A DNA stretch of 64,000 bases from Lytechinus pictus (GCF_037042905.1 NC_087263.1:9426001-9490000), one strand, 5' to 3'; counted from the first letter of the stretch, positions 25,950-39,868 are shown. Made by a program: numbers and translations. Notes: generated by a model from the sequence alone, not told the origin.

Positions 25950-27735
25950 TAAAGAAATCACACAAATCTGAAGACAGATTTCTCTAAAATTGATGAATGG
26001 CATAAAATTTAACAATGATTTTCTGTTGATTTAAACATTAATCAACTATTCAAAAGTTAAAAAAAAAACTCTGGGACCTTGTTTGCTTTTAGTAGAGACG
26101 GGAAAGATGAATTGTTTAAAAATAGCCACATTTTTTACATTTTGCAATTTATTATTCTATTTTTTTCATGATGGAAAAAACTACAAAATTTTATCAATAT
26201 TGCGATTTTTCTATTGGAAATTGATACTTTATAGATTACTTTTTAAGAAAATTTGACTGCTTAAGTGAAATCTGAAACTTCATTTTTTCTCTAAAGTGAA
26301 CATTTTCCATGGAATTGCCCAATGACTGGTGAACCTTTCTTATGCGCTAAATAATCACCGAAGAACATATAATGGTGAACATCATTTAACACAAGGAAGG
26401 ATCACCAGTCGTTCTGAAAGTCACTCTAAACTTACGAACAGCTTTATGAAACGGCCCCCAGGAATACTTGATTGCTCTTATGTCCAAGTTTCATGAACTA
26501 CATCCATAAAATTTGTAAGTTATGATGACAAGTCCACAAATACACCCAACATGGCCAAAGTTTGTTGACCCCAAGTGACTTTTGACCTTACTCATGTGAC
26601 CTGAGGCAGGATTTTCAAGCGATACACCATTACCCTTATGTCTATGTTTCATGAACTAGGTCCATATACTTTCTAAGTTATGATGACATTTCCAATATTT
26701 AACCTCGGCTAAGATATCAATATTAATCCCCCAACATGGTCTAAGTTCATTGATCCTAAATGAACTTTGACCTTGGTCATGTGACCTGAAACTCAGGCAG
26801 GATGTTCAGTAAAACTTGATTACCCTTATGTCCACGTTTAATGAACTAGGACCATTTACTGTATAAGTTTTGATGACATTTCAAAAATTAATCTTGGTTA
26901 AGAGTTCCATGTTGATGACGCTGCCGTCGCCAATGTCGGAAAAGCGGCGCTCTACAATGCAGGTGAGACAAAAATTACCATCTGATAGTGATTTTTTGCA
27001 TGGTAAGTCCCCCCACACTTTCAATTCCATTCTGTGGCCCCTGAAGAATTGGACTGAAATAAATTCACCTCCATATTCCCGATAATGCAAATCTAGAGAG
27101 AATACACACAGAGGCATTCACGGATGAGACTTGTGTCAATGGAGAGAATGGTATGGAGGAGGGGGTAACAAAAAAAAGGAAGGGGAGCATGCGGTATTAA
27201 ACATAATCAATACTGTTCTGTGTCCCCTGATACAGTAGTGTGAGGATATATCTGTAGAGAACCATATAAAAGTATTTGGAAACGATGGTATAATTGACCA
27301 TCTGCTCCCCCCCCCCCCCCCCCACCACCTGATCAGAAGTAGAGACCTGCAGGTCATAGTTGGTTCGCTTTTCGCCTCACAGGCGTAGGTGACGCCTAGC
27401 ATAACAAAAACAATAATACTACTACTAATAGTACTACTAATTTGGCGCAGGTGACAATAACAATAATACTACTATATTAATTACAATAATAACAATAATT
27501 GTAATAAATATTAACAATAATAATAGTGATTATAATAATAATATCCGGTATATTCAGCATGGCATTTTCTTTGGCAATTTACAAGTTTTTAGATACATTT
27601 GTTCTCTATAGTCATGCATTTTGCATTTTTGGCCTACATGTTATTTACAAGCTCTTGAATAGATCAATAGCACTGGAGCTAAAACCATGAAATGTGAAAA
27701 GAAATGAAAGAACATATTAAACATTTGAGACTTAC

Positions 27736-27981
27736 TCGTTTGACCCTGGTTGGTATTCCTTTCGAATTCATGTGTCTCGTTTCCAGCAATGACAGTCACG
27801 TCGTACAGCGTCCCTGGTGTTAAGCTGGTGATAACATGCACAGATACTGTTTCATCAAGGTCAACTGATTCGTTCTTGCCATTAATGTCAGGTGGAGACC
27901 ATGTGACCTCATATACTGTAGCGTCAGGTACGAGAGACCATGTCACTTTCAGAGAATCTGTGTTTCCTTCATTTGATACCT
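27736..27981 (-). CDS. Exon 3, FN3 domain 1 (EVSNEGNTDSLKVTWS...LTPGTLYDVTVIA)
   Basis: 246 bp, phase 1-1, TTCTAG acceptor and GTAAGT donor. Canonical FN3 Trp and LxPGTxY motifs. Confidence 0.9.
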
Positions 27982-28427
27982 CTAGAATTTGAGAAAAAAA
28001 AGGAAATAAAGAAAACAAATTATCTCTCAAAATCAAAGTGAATGAAATTGAATTGCTGAAACGTGATGATGATAATACGAATAATAATAATATTATTAAT
28101 TATCATCATCATAACTATAACAATAATAATAATGATATAGGAATATAAAAAGCTTCATAAAAGTATACAAAGAAATATTTTCTTTTTTGGCTATTAAAAA
28201 AAAAATGAAAATTGGCAAAGATATAAATATCTATTACATTGTTGCCAATGGATGGAGGGGAAGGATCTGTTCAACATGCCCCGTCCCCTCACTATTTCAA
28301 CAAAAATGGACGGACAGCCTTGTATAGCATCACCTCAAGAATGGGGGGAGGGGGCACCTGTCCCATGTGCCCTCCTCCCCTCCATTCCGCACACAATGTA
28401 GTCATACAACATGGTACATGTAATCAC

Positions 28428-28821
28428 CAGAGCTGCCAAGTTGTATTTTTATCTCCCAAAATCAGTATTTTGACAAAAAAATCAGTATTTTTACCGTGTG
28501 AGATAAATATTTTGTATTTTTCCCCAAAAAAGTGTATTTCATAATAAAATGCTTGGCGCACTCACCCATCACGGCGCTCAAGCTGCATGCAAGCTAAAAT
28601 GTGCACTGCTCTTGCAGATGAAAAAAAAACAAGTTACCTGAAATTACATTGATCTAATAACCATATTTGTGTACGTTTCATGAAATAAAGACAAATAGAG
28701 ATTATTTTTCTCAATAAATTTCGATTTTGTAAAAAAATAAAAAAATAAAAAAAACGTACTGCCGTATTTTGGTTGTAAAAACGTACTAAATACGGAAAAA
28801 TCGTACTACTTGGCAGCTCTG
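28428..28821. mobile_element. CAGA.CTGCCAA-terminated MITE; other copies at ~9396-9640 and a fragment at ~980-1049
   Basis: Inverted termini, shared internal sequence, ~6 bp flanking duplication. Confidence 0.65.
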
Positions 28822-29312
28822 AATCACGCATGTAAAGGAAAGGTGTGGATAACGTCCACTCAGAAATGGATATGATCTGGGAAATCCTGTCAACTGAATG
28901 TGGTTGTACTCATGGAGGAAGTGTCATGAATAAAGTTAACAGTTTTGATCTAAAATGGAGAGAGAATGGACGTATATCATAGTTTTAAGCGCAATGTGTT
29001 TATTTTTTTTAATTCAAATTATTATTGCTACTTAAATCTTGGTGTTAAATACAACACCCACACCTCGAATGTTAAAAATATGGCTTTTTAACATGAAGCC
29101 AAATAGTGCTAACATAAAAAAAGACATCTTTAATTTAACACTGGTGTAAAATGCTTGGTGTGATCCTTTATGAACACAATGGGTTACCCTGGAGTTTTAA
29201 CACCACTCTTTTTGCAGTTAAGCACACATGGATATCAATTACACATAACACATTAATAATTTTTCAGGCATTCATGGTTCAAAGAACAGTGTAAAGCATG
29301 TACGGACTACTG

Positions 29313-30021
29313 GGCCCCGTCCTACAAAGAGTTACAATAAGCCTGTTCACGGTTGTAAACTGCGCACGAGCAGAAAAAGGTCATTAGAGACAACCATGAA
29401 GGTGGCTTTCAAATTCACTGACATAGGCATTTGTGATTTGATGATTATTCATGTATGATGTATTCCTTTCAAAATATTTATCACATCCAAGCTGAAGAGT
29501 AATAAATAGAGCCTTCATAATCACTTGTATTTGACAGTAGCCTAAACAAAAGTCAAATGTGCCAAAGGCAGACAATAAAACAGATTTCCAAACTTTATCC
29601 CTCATGTACTAATTCTAGTCACCTGGTCTATACAATGCCTATTGTTCTTAGAATTTGAATACTCTACCGGTAAAGCTTACGCAACATCTACATTTGAAAA
29701 TGATAGTGCTTATCCTAATGAAAAATCACAAAGGTCATTTGAGAAAAGTTGATCATGAGCTAACCGTGAACTGGCTTATTGATCCAATCAACCTTGCATT
29801 CATGGAAATCCAACAATGTCATATGTTTTCCAGGAAATTTGAACAATGTGCTTTCTAAAACAAAGAAAAGCACACTGAATTTTCAAGAAAACAATGGATG
29901 CATGATTATACACCATATCTAGAAAATATTTTCAACAAACATGCATTTTAGATGTTGACGTTGCTGGCTTTCCATAGTTGTGATTGATCTGATCAATTGT
30001 AATTCTTTGTAAGACGAGGCC
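29313..30021. mobile_element. Harbinger-like MITE containing a second TIR element (29339-29778)
   Basis: Outer TIR with CTG flanks. Inner AAGCCTGTTCACGGTT / AACCGTGAACTGGCTT; a relative lies at ~41560-42160. Confidence 0.65.
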
Positions 30022-30324
30022 CTGGTCTGCTTCCCTACACTGCAAAAACTGGGTTGATTACAATTGACGCCAGTTAGTACCACAGAGGACCACTGCCCGA
30101 AGTGTTAAAATTACACCCTAGAGACTGAACACTTTACTTTACTTTTGTTACTTTAACACCAAAGAGTGTTTAAGTAACAACTATAAGTGTTACAATAACA
30201 CCCATACATGTAGGTGGTGAACCTACCACACAACTTAAATATCAGAGCGACTGGTGTGTGGCCCTCATCAATAAACACCAGTTTTTATTGTGTATGTATA
30301 AATGGGGTGGGTGGGGGTTATTGA

Positions 30325-30904
30325 CGGACAAGTTCACTTGAATAAAATGAGAAAAATCCAACAAGCATAATACCGTAAATTTCATCAAAATCAGATGAAA
30401 AATAAGAAAGTTATGACATTTTCAAGTTTCGATTAGTTTCACAAAACAGTTATATGCACATCCTGGTCGGTATGTAAATGAGGAGATGGATGTCATCCAA
30501 TCACTATTTCTTTTGTACTTTATTATATGAAATATGAAATATTCTGATTTTCTCCTCATTGTCAGTGAAGTCTGTGAATCAAGGATTAATTCCTCCCTGA
30601 ACATATGGAATTAGCATTGTTTACTATATGGTTCAGTCACGTTGGTCCTTATTTTCAAATCTGTAAAAAATTAAATATTGTATAATTCAAATAATAAAAA
30701 ACAAAGGAAATAGAGATGGACATCATCGACTCTTGCATGGCACTGAGTTGGGCATATCACTGTTTTGAGAAAAATAAGTGAAACTTTAAAACGTCTTAAC
30801 TTTCTTATTTCACATCCAATTTTGATGAAATTTTCAGCATTATGCTAGTTTAATTTTTTTCTCTATTTATTCAAATCAACATTTTTCTGGAGTAGACTTG
30901 ACCT
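30325..30904. mobile_element. Kolobok-like MITE, family A
   Basis: Same sequence family as 4782-5363. Confidence 0.8.
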
Positions 30905-31585
30905 TTAAATTGAAAACATGATTAAAAAAAAAACCCATGTCTTTGAGTTAAAGTAGCCCTACAATACTTGAATCAATATACAGCCTAGCTTCCATACACA
31001 AGTGAAACGCATGCTTTTCTCAAGAAGTTCTCAAGTACATGTGAGGCCAAGAACTCATACTCATGAAAGAAAGTTCCGCTTTAATAACTTCATGAAATAG
31101 TTTACGCACATCCTGTTTGGGACCCAAACAGGAATCCAATGACATGACCCATTCACAGTATATGTGTAGTATTTCATCATGAAATGCGAAATGTATTTCT
31201 TCTACTTTTTTAGTAACATACAAATTAAATTATTTTTATCACAATTATTCTCCAATCGAATCAGCAAATTTCAAACTTCAGAATATGTTCTCCTAATCTG
31301 ACAGACTACATGTATGACTGGTAACGTGTAGCAACAAATACACAAGTATTGCTGTTTTGAAGGTCAAAAGGTGAACAAATACAACGTTAATCAACTGTTG
31401 TTCTTCATTCTGCAATTAATCAAACAATAAATGAGTAATATCCTGAATTAAAATAGGCATTGACCTAGATCAGTTTCAGGAATACCACCTCATCAAAATT
31501 CTTAGGTCATTATTAAACTGTAACAAGGCAACAAGGAAGAGGAAATAGAGTCTGTATACACTTTTCAATGTCCGAATACACTATT

Positions 31586-32500
31586 ATGCTTTTCACACTG
31601 CATTTCCTTAACCCTGGACTATCTTAACACCATACTATCCTTTTTTGGATTCACACTGTCTTTCTTAACCCCAATTGCTTAATAGACAAGGTTTACGCCT
31701 TAACCCCGGACTATCGCACAGCTCATGAATATTGATGATTCTGCCATACAGAGCGTTATTAACGTGCAATTTGGACTTCTGTGATTGGCTCATGCTTAGC
31801 CCGGGTTAACGTCACACTGCATCTCTTAGCACCGCAATTGTGGTGCTAGCACCACAATGAACCGGCTAACCCTGCTTTTTTGCAGGGCCAGATAGTACCG
31901 TACTATTCACCAAGCTAGCCCACTTTGCTATTAAAAACGTAGTGTGAAAACGAAGTGGGCTAAGCTTAACCCCCAGAAATATGTGCAGAGTGAAAAGCAT
32001 ATAAGGGTGCGTTCAATGTTGATTTTCAAATTTCAACAGCAACATGAATCAATGAGTAAAAACCCAATTACAAAACGGAGATATAATGAGAAACAAACGG
32101 TGTGTTCAATGTTCCCCATTTCCCGTATTCCAGATCGCAGTTGGGAGGTAAATTCAAACGCAAATTTGGAAATGCGATAAGTTCGGAATTTAAGCCATTC
32201 AGCATCGCGAATGCGACTTTGAACATGAATGAGTTGTGAAACGTCTTTAAATTTCCTCTCACAGTGGAAGCCTACACAAGTAGGTGCCAGAATTGACCTT
32301 TTTGTGATGGGTCAAACTGCACTGCGCTAACGAAAGCGGGAAATTTCAAAGACAATATATTCTCGACGTATAATCGGCTTTAGAATTCTGACACTGAATG
32401 GTACACCATGGATCATGTTTGTGTTCTGAGTTTTGTACATGTAATTTTGTTTTCAATCATGATTCATGTTGCTGTTTAAATTCGACATTGAACACACCCT
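31586..32500. mobile_element. Two adjacent TIR MITEs (31586-32000 and 32004-32500)
   Basis: ATGCTTTTCAC.CTGCA TIR; AGGGTG.GTTCAATGT TIR with ATA on both sides. Confidence 0.65.
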
Positions 32501-32756
32501 ATATTGGTAATATCGATCTACATGTACAATGAAATGTACTCAGATGATGACACCATGATTTGATGACCTTGAAAAGCTTCTCAGGATATGTCCATAATGA
32601 CATCCATACTTGACATGAAAATCGAGGAAACTGACATGCCCGATTTTGAGGTAAAGTAGGAACAGAATTTGGCTATAAAAACAAAGAAATAAGAACGAAA
32701 GTTCTGAAAAAATTAATAGGTGAACTGTCATATTCATGACAGACCACCTAATAATA

Positions 32757-32890
32757 AGACCCATTCACCTCACCTGGGTTGAGTGCAACGCGATGTGGGT
32801 GAATTTCTTGCTGAAGGAAAACACACCATGGTTGAAAATCATACCTATGTCACTCATATTGAAAGAGGAGAGTCGTAACCACGACGCCCC
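32757..32890 (-). mobile_element. tRNA-SINE 5' fragment
   Basis: ACCCATTCACCTCACCTGGGTTGAGTGCA..TTTCTTGCTGAAGGAAA matches the same family. Confidence 0.7.
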
Positions 32891-32948
32891 CACAAAACAA
32901 ACATTATTAGACCCACCTTCTCCAGACACAGCACAGAGAGTTATAATA

Positions 32949-33423
32949 GGTGGTTTCAGACCGCCTCGAAGTTCGTCAGTTCCAGGTATTCTCTGATCGG
33001 GAAATTTACCCCGATCAGAAAATACCAGGTATTTTGGTAATGTGAAAGCAAACTACGCGTAATTTCCCCGAAAGAAAATACCCGCTAAATAGTAGGTACT
33101 TGGCGAAATTACGAGAACTTTCGCGGGGATTTTTCCAAGGTCGCAGGTATTTTGGCAATGTGAAAGCAATTTACGGGAACTTTTAGCCCAGCGTGACGTT
33201 GGGCGCGGGCGCCGTGGGTGGCTGCTGGGCTAGTGATTTTGAATCTCCTGCCTTGCCTGCTTATACAGACCATACTGCGCATGCTCGTAACTTCAGGAAC
33301 TTATCCTGAAGGGTATGTTTTGGGGCGGTGTGAATGCAGGAATAATTAATGGGTATTTTTTAGCCTTAAAAAGTTCTCGTAATTTAACGGGGATTCTTAT
33401 GATCGAGGCGGTTTGAAACCACC
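32949..33423. mobile_element. TIR MITE
   Basis: GGTGGTTTCA.ACCGCCTCGA inverted termini, TA flanks. Confidence 0.7.
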
Positions 33424-33827
33424 TATTTTCAATTTGTTTTCTGTCATTCTGTAGGTTATTTATTTTATGTATTATGTGTTTCTATTTGAATGAATAATTG
33501 TAAATAATGTATTATTTATCATTCACTTAGTAGTTATTCTCATGTAATTTTCTATTTCATTTTGTATAACAGCACTTTGAAACTTTTGTGCAAAGTGCTA
33601 CATAAATATCAACTATATTATTATTACCATTCACAACAAAACTGTGTATGCATGATTTTAGTTCCTTATTGGGTTTTCCTGGATTCTCATTCAATGTTGC
33701 TTTTGATAATTACTTGAACCACTTGGCAGATTGTATCTTATAAGAAATAAAGAAGTCACAAACCAATATCCTGGTAACTGTTTTATTTACACATAGAGAT
33801 ATCTATTAAATGTAATCATTTCTTGAG

Positions 33828-33895
33828 GAGGCGCGATAGCTCAGGCGGTAGAGCGGGGATTTCAGATTCCAGTGACCCAGGTTCGATTCCCACTA
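33828..33895 (+). pseudogene. tRNA-like SINE head or tRNA pseudogene
   Basis: TAGCTCAGGCGGTAGAGC A box and GGTTCGATTCC B box; no convincing acceptor stem. Confidence 0.5.
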
Positions 33896-34477
33896 TAGTG
33901 TGCTGGTCCATGTTGGTATAAAAGTCATAGCCTAGGGATTTTACATCCTTTCCCATTTAGAAGCTCAAGATTTGGGCAAACAAATCGAAGTTTAATAACC
34001 CAAACCTGACGTACAATATTTTAGTGTATAGAATTTGCAATGCATTCTGGTCCATACTCTGTAGTCTTTACTTTGGTAGGCTATATGGTCTAACTCTGTT
34101 ATAAAAAGATGGGAAACTAGATACCCCCCCTCCCTGCTAAACAAAAATTAAATAAAGAATTAAAAAAGACAAAATAATTAAACAAAATAAATAAACAAAT
34201 AAATGAAAAATAAAATTAAAATGTTTCCTGTGCTTTTTCCTCATAATCTATTAAATGGTGACGAAAACTACGTTTAATAGTTATTATTCCAAGACATTTG
34301 TCAAGTGAGCTGATAAATTGAACCCACAATGTGACCGATCTCTCTCATCAATTCATCCACATTTAAACCACGACTTTACTTTTAGACCGGGATTAATATG
34401 AACCAGACTTAATATACGTGTTGGCCTAAAATACATGGACCGGTGTGTCTGTAATGTAGAATATCTTTTTTCTTTAC

Positions 34478-34517
34478 CTGGTGCATCAATCGCCATGGAT
34501 TCCACAAAGAAACAAAT
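34478..34517 (-). CDS. Coding exon 2 (40 bp; end of signal peptide ICFFVESMA/IDAP)
   Basis: Long polypyrimidine tract ending TTTACAG, donor G|GTAAAG. Converts phase 0 to phase 1, exactly bridging exon 1 and the first FN3 exon (G+AG=Glu). Confidence 0.75.
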
Positions 34518-34995
34518 CTGTAAATCAAACAAAAAGAGAAAATAAAATAGGTTTAATTGTGAAGGGGTTAGGGATGGTTGCTGTGTACATTGGCTTGTCT
34601 TGGTCAATTGAAATTCCTGGACTTTGGATTTGAAGACTGGTTTGAATACAAAGACTGGGTTTGATTTGGTTAAAACCTGGCTAAAGCCTTGTCAGTAAAT
34701 GTGAATTATACTTGAGTATCATAACATTCAAATCTTTATACCAAAGTTTATTTGAGAACTTCTTACAGTATTTTACAACTTTTAGTGATTGCAATTTTAA
34801 CATAGGAGTCTACAAACACCAACTTCCAACATATCCTGAAATTCTAATTTTTAGTCCATTCTATGCTTTGGAATAGGTTCTATTAAAAAAAGAAAAATGA
34901 TGCAAAATCACAAGATTTCTACTCAAAAAAATATTTTCATTTCATAACTTCCACATCATGACTGATTTGGGGCCAAGTAACACATTCAAGCGCAT

Positions 34996-35475
34996 ACATT
35001 CGTAATTCCGAAGCTTCGTTATTCCGAAGGTTCAGATATTCCGAAGGTTCGTTATTCCGAAGGTTCGTTAGTCCAAAAACGAAGTGAGGTTCGTAAATCC
35101 GAAAACAAAATGAGGTTCGTATTTCCGAAGGTTCGTTAGTCCGAAAACGAAATGATTAACAAACCTTATTTCGTTTTCGGACTAACGAACCTTCGGAACA
35201 ACGAACCTTATTTCGTTTTCGGATTAACGAACCTTCGGAACAACGGACCTTATTTCGTTTTTGGATTAACGAACCTTCGGAACATCGAATGTTATTTCGT
35301 TTTCGGATTATCGAACCTTCGGAATAATAAACCTTCGGAATAACGCCACAAATGTTCGGATTAACGAATCCTTTTACGTTTTCGGATTAACGAACATTGA
35401 GCTATAGGCAATTTACGTGTTTCGGAATTACGAACCTTCGGAATAAAGAACCTTCGGAATTACGAAGTGTAACCC
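34996..35475. repeat. Palindromic MITE built from TTCCGAAGGTTCGT tandem motifs
   Basis: Motif orientation flips near 35155. Confidence 0.75.
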
Positions 35476-36706
35476 ATTCATGTACAGTGTGATTTGTTAA
35501 TGAAATGGAAACGGAATAGAGATTGTATTGAGAAGTATTTCACCAAAGCAGCTGAAGGACAGGCTTTAAATACCCCCAAAGTCTATAACACAGATAACAG
35601 GATTTGCAGTACTGTGAATTTATCCTAATCATCAAAGGAATCAACAAAGTTTCTTTTTCACGACTTGCAAATAATTGTTAATGGATCTGTGTTCTTTATG
35701 ACCTGCATGTACAGTCAGTACAGTGTGCATGTCATGTACTGTATTACAAAACAACTGAACAATTCATCCAACTGCATAATGCCATGTAAAAATATTTTAC
35801 TTGAATTTGACATTTCAAAATGAAATCTTTTAGGCCTGATGAACTACCATCATAATATGATGAAAATTAGACAATAAACCACTTTGACACTGTGACTTTG
35901 TCTGCATACAAATATATTCTTGGTTTTCGCACTTCATACCTTAAAGTTAATCAATACATAATTGACCATAGCTATGTTCTGTGGATACAATACATGAACA
36001 TACAAAAAAAGCTTGTGATTTTAAATCTATAAAAGTTACAAAATATTTGAATGTAAATCCATAGAAATTGAAGAAAAAAAACACTGTACTAAAAATGCCG
36101 TTTAAAATTTTAAGCACATTGTTTAAGCCCATCATTCTAACAACTATTGTTTAATCTTCTTAAACAACTGTTTAAACAAGTTGTTTAAAAAGTTTAAACA
36201 ATTTAGAGTGACAGGCTTAAACAATGTTTTATTTTTGTCTATGCATGTACATGTAAATCCAATGTTCTGGTCGGCTGGGTATTATCACAGTCGCTCTGGA
36301 TTTATTTGGAATCCTTGAAATCTAGTGTGTATAGCATGCTACAAATTTCAATAGTTTTGATGACAGGGAAATCCCCCACGGAAGCAGACATGTCGTAGAC
36401 ACAATACCTGACTGTTTTACCAACTGGTACACGAAAATATCTGATCAATGAAGATCCTATTATGTCACTGACGCGTAGCCTACTTCCGTCTTCCCCCACA
36501 AATGTCCAGATATGTTTTTAATAGCTATCTCTATTCCTTGCATTTATATTTTTCATCATTAAATATATGCATTCTATCATCACAGTATGTTCTTTCATAG
36601 TTCTTTATTAATATTTAGTAAAGACAAATATATCTTATAATTTCTCCTTCCCAGACAGTTAAGAATGATTTGACAGTGAATGAGCTGATTCATTGATACT
36701 CTACAG

Positions 36707-37595
36707 CCAGGGGGGCCAGTCATATCGCTGTACACACGCGTGACCAAAAAACATGTTTAAAGGGGTACTTTTTCAGTTTTGGACGCGGTCCGCGTGTGGA
36801 CTTGTTGAAGGGTATCAAAAACATCAATTTTCTACAAAAAAGGGTGGTTTTGAAAGACTAGTCAATGGTCAATCGCGGGGTCAAACGTATTTAGGGTATT
36901 TTTTTTCCCAAAGCTTTTTTTTAAAGACTAGCCAAACGTGTTTAGGGTATGTTTTTCCCCCAAGCTTTTTCCCAGGAGGTCAACGTTGCCAGAACTGGCA
37001 TAATTATGCTTTCTGGCATAATTTCGACCCTTTCAGCATAATTCTGGCATAATTAGACTTTTTTTCTGGCATAATTTTGACCCTTTCAGCATAATTTGGG
37101 GCATAATTAGACTTTTTTAAGCAAAGAATCTGGCATAATAATAGCATATTTAGCATAATTTTGATGTATTTGAAGATTGAAGACCTTTTTTTTTTTTTTT
37201 TGTTTGCTTGTCAATATTTTTTCTGGTACGAAATCTTTTATTTGTGATTGAAGACCTTTTTTTTTTTTTTTTTGCTTGTCAAATTTTTTTGGCGGACGGT
37301 TTTGCCCCCCCCCCCCTGTGGAAAATCCTAGGGTCCAAAACGGTTTGGCATAATTTTTCGCGATTTAGCATAATTTCGCTGCTCCTCTGGCATAATTGGA
37401 TTTTTTTCACTGGCCACGCTGCCGGAGGTCATATTTTGGCAACAACTTGTATAGGGGCCAAAATGTGTAAATAAAGCCCGCGAAAAATCTTGTTTAGGGG
37501 GTTATTTTTAACACAGAGAAAAACTTGTTTAGGGGGTGTTTGGAAATTACTTAGTCACGCATGTGTACAGAAATATATCTGACTGCCCCCCCCCC
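36707..37595. mobile_element. TIR MITE with a nested hAT-like insert (36981-37421)
   Basis: Outer CAGTCA.AT..CTGTACAC..GCGTGAC inverted ends. Inner CA..TG termini with an 8 bp duplication CAGGAGGT/CCGGAGGT. Confidence 0.65.
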
Positions 37596-38066
37596 TTAAA
37601 TACATTGAACATACTAGTACTACATGCACATGATGCAAAAGAGGGAAGAAAAAGTATCCAACTGGTTTTAGAAGCAACCCATTCATGTATGCATTTTTTT
37701 ATTAAAACAATGTCCCTTTGAACTAAAATGAAACTGAGTTTCACTTATGAAAAAAAATCAGGAACAAGGATTCATTAAAAGGTATCACTTTCAACATAAA
37801 ATATGTAATTCTTTGATTTTTTTCTCATTATAATATGCAAATATGTTTTACTATATTCCTCCCTTTATGTGAAAATGCCAATGTGTGTCTTTCAATCAAG
37901 AGGGCCCTACATGTAAGTATGTATCACTATCAAGTCTTCCAAAACTGAAATAATTTATATAATAAAATACAAAAGAAATAGTGAAACTGTAACATCATTT
38001 GCATCATAATTTCTCCCTCGAATTGCTCAAAAGAGCCATCAAAACTTTTTTAAAAAAGGGAGCCTG

Positions 38067-38241
38067 GGGTCCGTTTCATAAAGCTGTTCGTAAGTTAAGT
38101 GCGACTTTAAGAATGACTGGTGATCCTTTTTACGCTCTAAACCATCGCCAATGAATCTACCATTTACCACAAGAAAGGATCCCCAGTCGTTCTTAAAGTC
38201 GCTCTTAACTTTTTATACGGACAGCTTCATGAAACACCCAC
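38067..38241. mobile_element. Intact Harbinger-like MITE
   Basis: TIRs and CWG flanks. Confidence 0.75.
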
Positions 38242-39271
38242 CAGGCAAAGTCCCCATTCATTGCAATATTAAAGCTTATCCAATGCTGTACAGGTAGGAC
38301 CTAGTTTTAATATAAGAAGTAGCCCCCAAAATCAAAAATTATTTTTGGCCCATGTACATGTTGTGTATTTAACTTTTTTAATGAAAATACACAAAACTTT
38401 TAAATGACAAAACTTTCTTAATTTTCATGTGATTTTGATGATATTTGAACATCATTCTGTTTTTTGTGTTGCTTTGAACTTCACAAATTTCCAATTGGAT
38501 TTATAGTTTTTTTACCAATAAATTTTGTATGTCATCGCCTTGAAAATTCCCACATATCTCGCTATTAAAAATAAATTGTTGCCTGGAATTCTAACCACAT
38601 ATAAAAAGAAGGACTTGTACATCAATTTTCTGCAAAAATCTCAAAATCAATATTTTTAACCAAAATTGACTGATAGACGGTTCGGATGAATGCCAATGAA
38701 TTGATTACTGTATTTTATGTTAGAGTCACAAACTGTAGATTTAATAAGATGGCAGGCACATGCAAATATTTGAAGAACACTTCAAAAACTAAAATTCATG
38801 CATTCATGCTTAAATGTGCCTCGTACCTGTTATTTCTTTAAGTAGCCTTTAAACAAAGTGTTGTGCCTAAATGCGATATTAGAAGTCGGTGACTAAAGAG
38901 TCATCGTAAACCTGGGCGAAAGCAATATAAGGCAAAAAAAGAATGTTTGCTGTAACAGAGGAAATAAACTAAAATTGTATTTTTTTCACATGTACAAGTT
39001 CACCCTGACAAAAAATTATTGTATAAATAGCAGAAAAAATAATAGAAGATATAGGTGGTCTGAGGGAAATCCATCAAATATTTAAAAAGTTATCAGAATT
39101 TGAAGTTTTGTGACCCAATATGCAAGCACTGCCAGGTCCAATCATAAGCTCTACATTTTTGTTCCTTCTAAAAATATAATTCTATTGAAAAATTCTTACA
39201 GAACTCTACGTTGAAGTAATTTCCAAAAAAATCCAAAATATATATTTAATGTTTACAGGCTATATTAATAA

Positions 39272-39868
39272 AGGACAAGTCCACCCCAAAAAAAAGTTTA
39301 TTTGAATAAAAAGAGAAAAATCCAACATGCATAACACTGATAATTTCATCAAAATCGAATGTAAAATAAGAAAGTTATGACATTTTAAAGTTTCGCTTAA
39401 TTTCACAAAACAGTTATATGCACATCCTGGTCGGTATGCAAATGAGGAGACTGATGACGTCATCCACTCACTATTTCTTTTGTATTTTATCATATGAAAT
39501 ATTCTAATTTTCTCCTCATTGTTAAGTGAAACAACAATAATTCCTCCCTGAACATATGGAATTAGCATTGTTTATTACTATATGGTTCAGTCAAGTTGGT
39601 CCATATTGTCAAATTTGTAAAAAATGAAATATTGTATAATTCAAACAATAAAAAAAAAAAGAAATAGTGAGTGAGGGACATCAATGACTGTCTCATTTGC
39701 ATGTCACTGAGTTGTGCACATCACTGTTTTTTGAAAAAATTAAGCGAAACTTTAAAATGTCATAACTATCTTATTTTACATCCGATTTTGATGAAATGTT
39801 CAGTGTTATGCTAGTTAGATTTTTCTCTATTTATTCAAATCATTACTTTCCTGTGGTGGACTTGACCT
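39272..39868. mobile_element. Kolobok-like MITE, family A
   Basis: Same family, TTAA on the right flank. Confidence 0.85.

Larger units (their letters stand above)
17014..26320 (-). mobile_element. DDE-type DNA transposon (~2.6 kb without the DIRS insert), superfamily unassigned
   Basis: Termini GGGTCAATTCCA / TGGAATTGCCC with AAT duplication. Repeated CGTAACGGACATGAC motifs and transposase remnants. Confidence 0.8.
16966..26458. mobile_element. Harbinger-like MITE split by the DDE transposon
   Basis: TIR GTTTCATAAAGCTGTT..TAAG with CAG duplication. The two halves rejoin to match the intact copy at 38067-38241. Confidence 0.85.
16226..26974. mobile_element. Helentron-associated (HINE/DINE-like) non-autonomous element hosting the nested insertions
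   Basis: Subterminal inverted repeat GTCTCACCTGCAT (16248-16260) / ATGCAGGTGAGAC (26957-26969). AACAAG start, A-run end, internal tandem GACCTT..CATGTGACC units. Family assignment is inferred from structure. Confidence 0.6.

Noticed and set aside
33828..33895. Functional tRNA gene
   Set aside because: A and B boxes only; no acceptor stem pairing or clean cloverleaf.
34996..35475. Regular short repeats resembling a CRISPR array
   Set aside because: No unique spacers, orientation inverts midway, eukaryotic context and no cas genes; fits a MITE.
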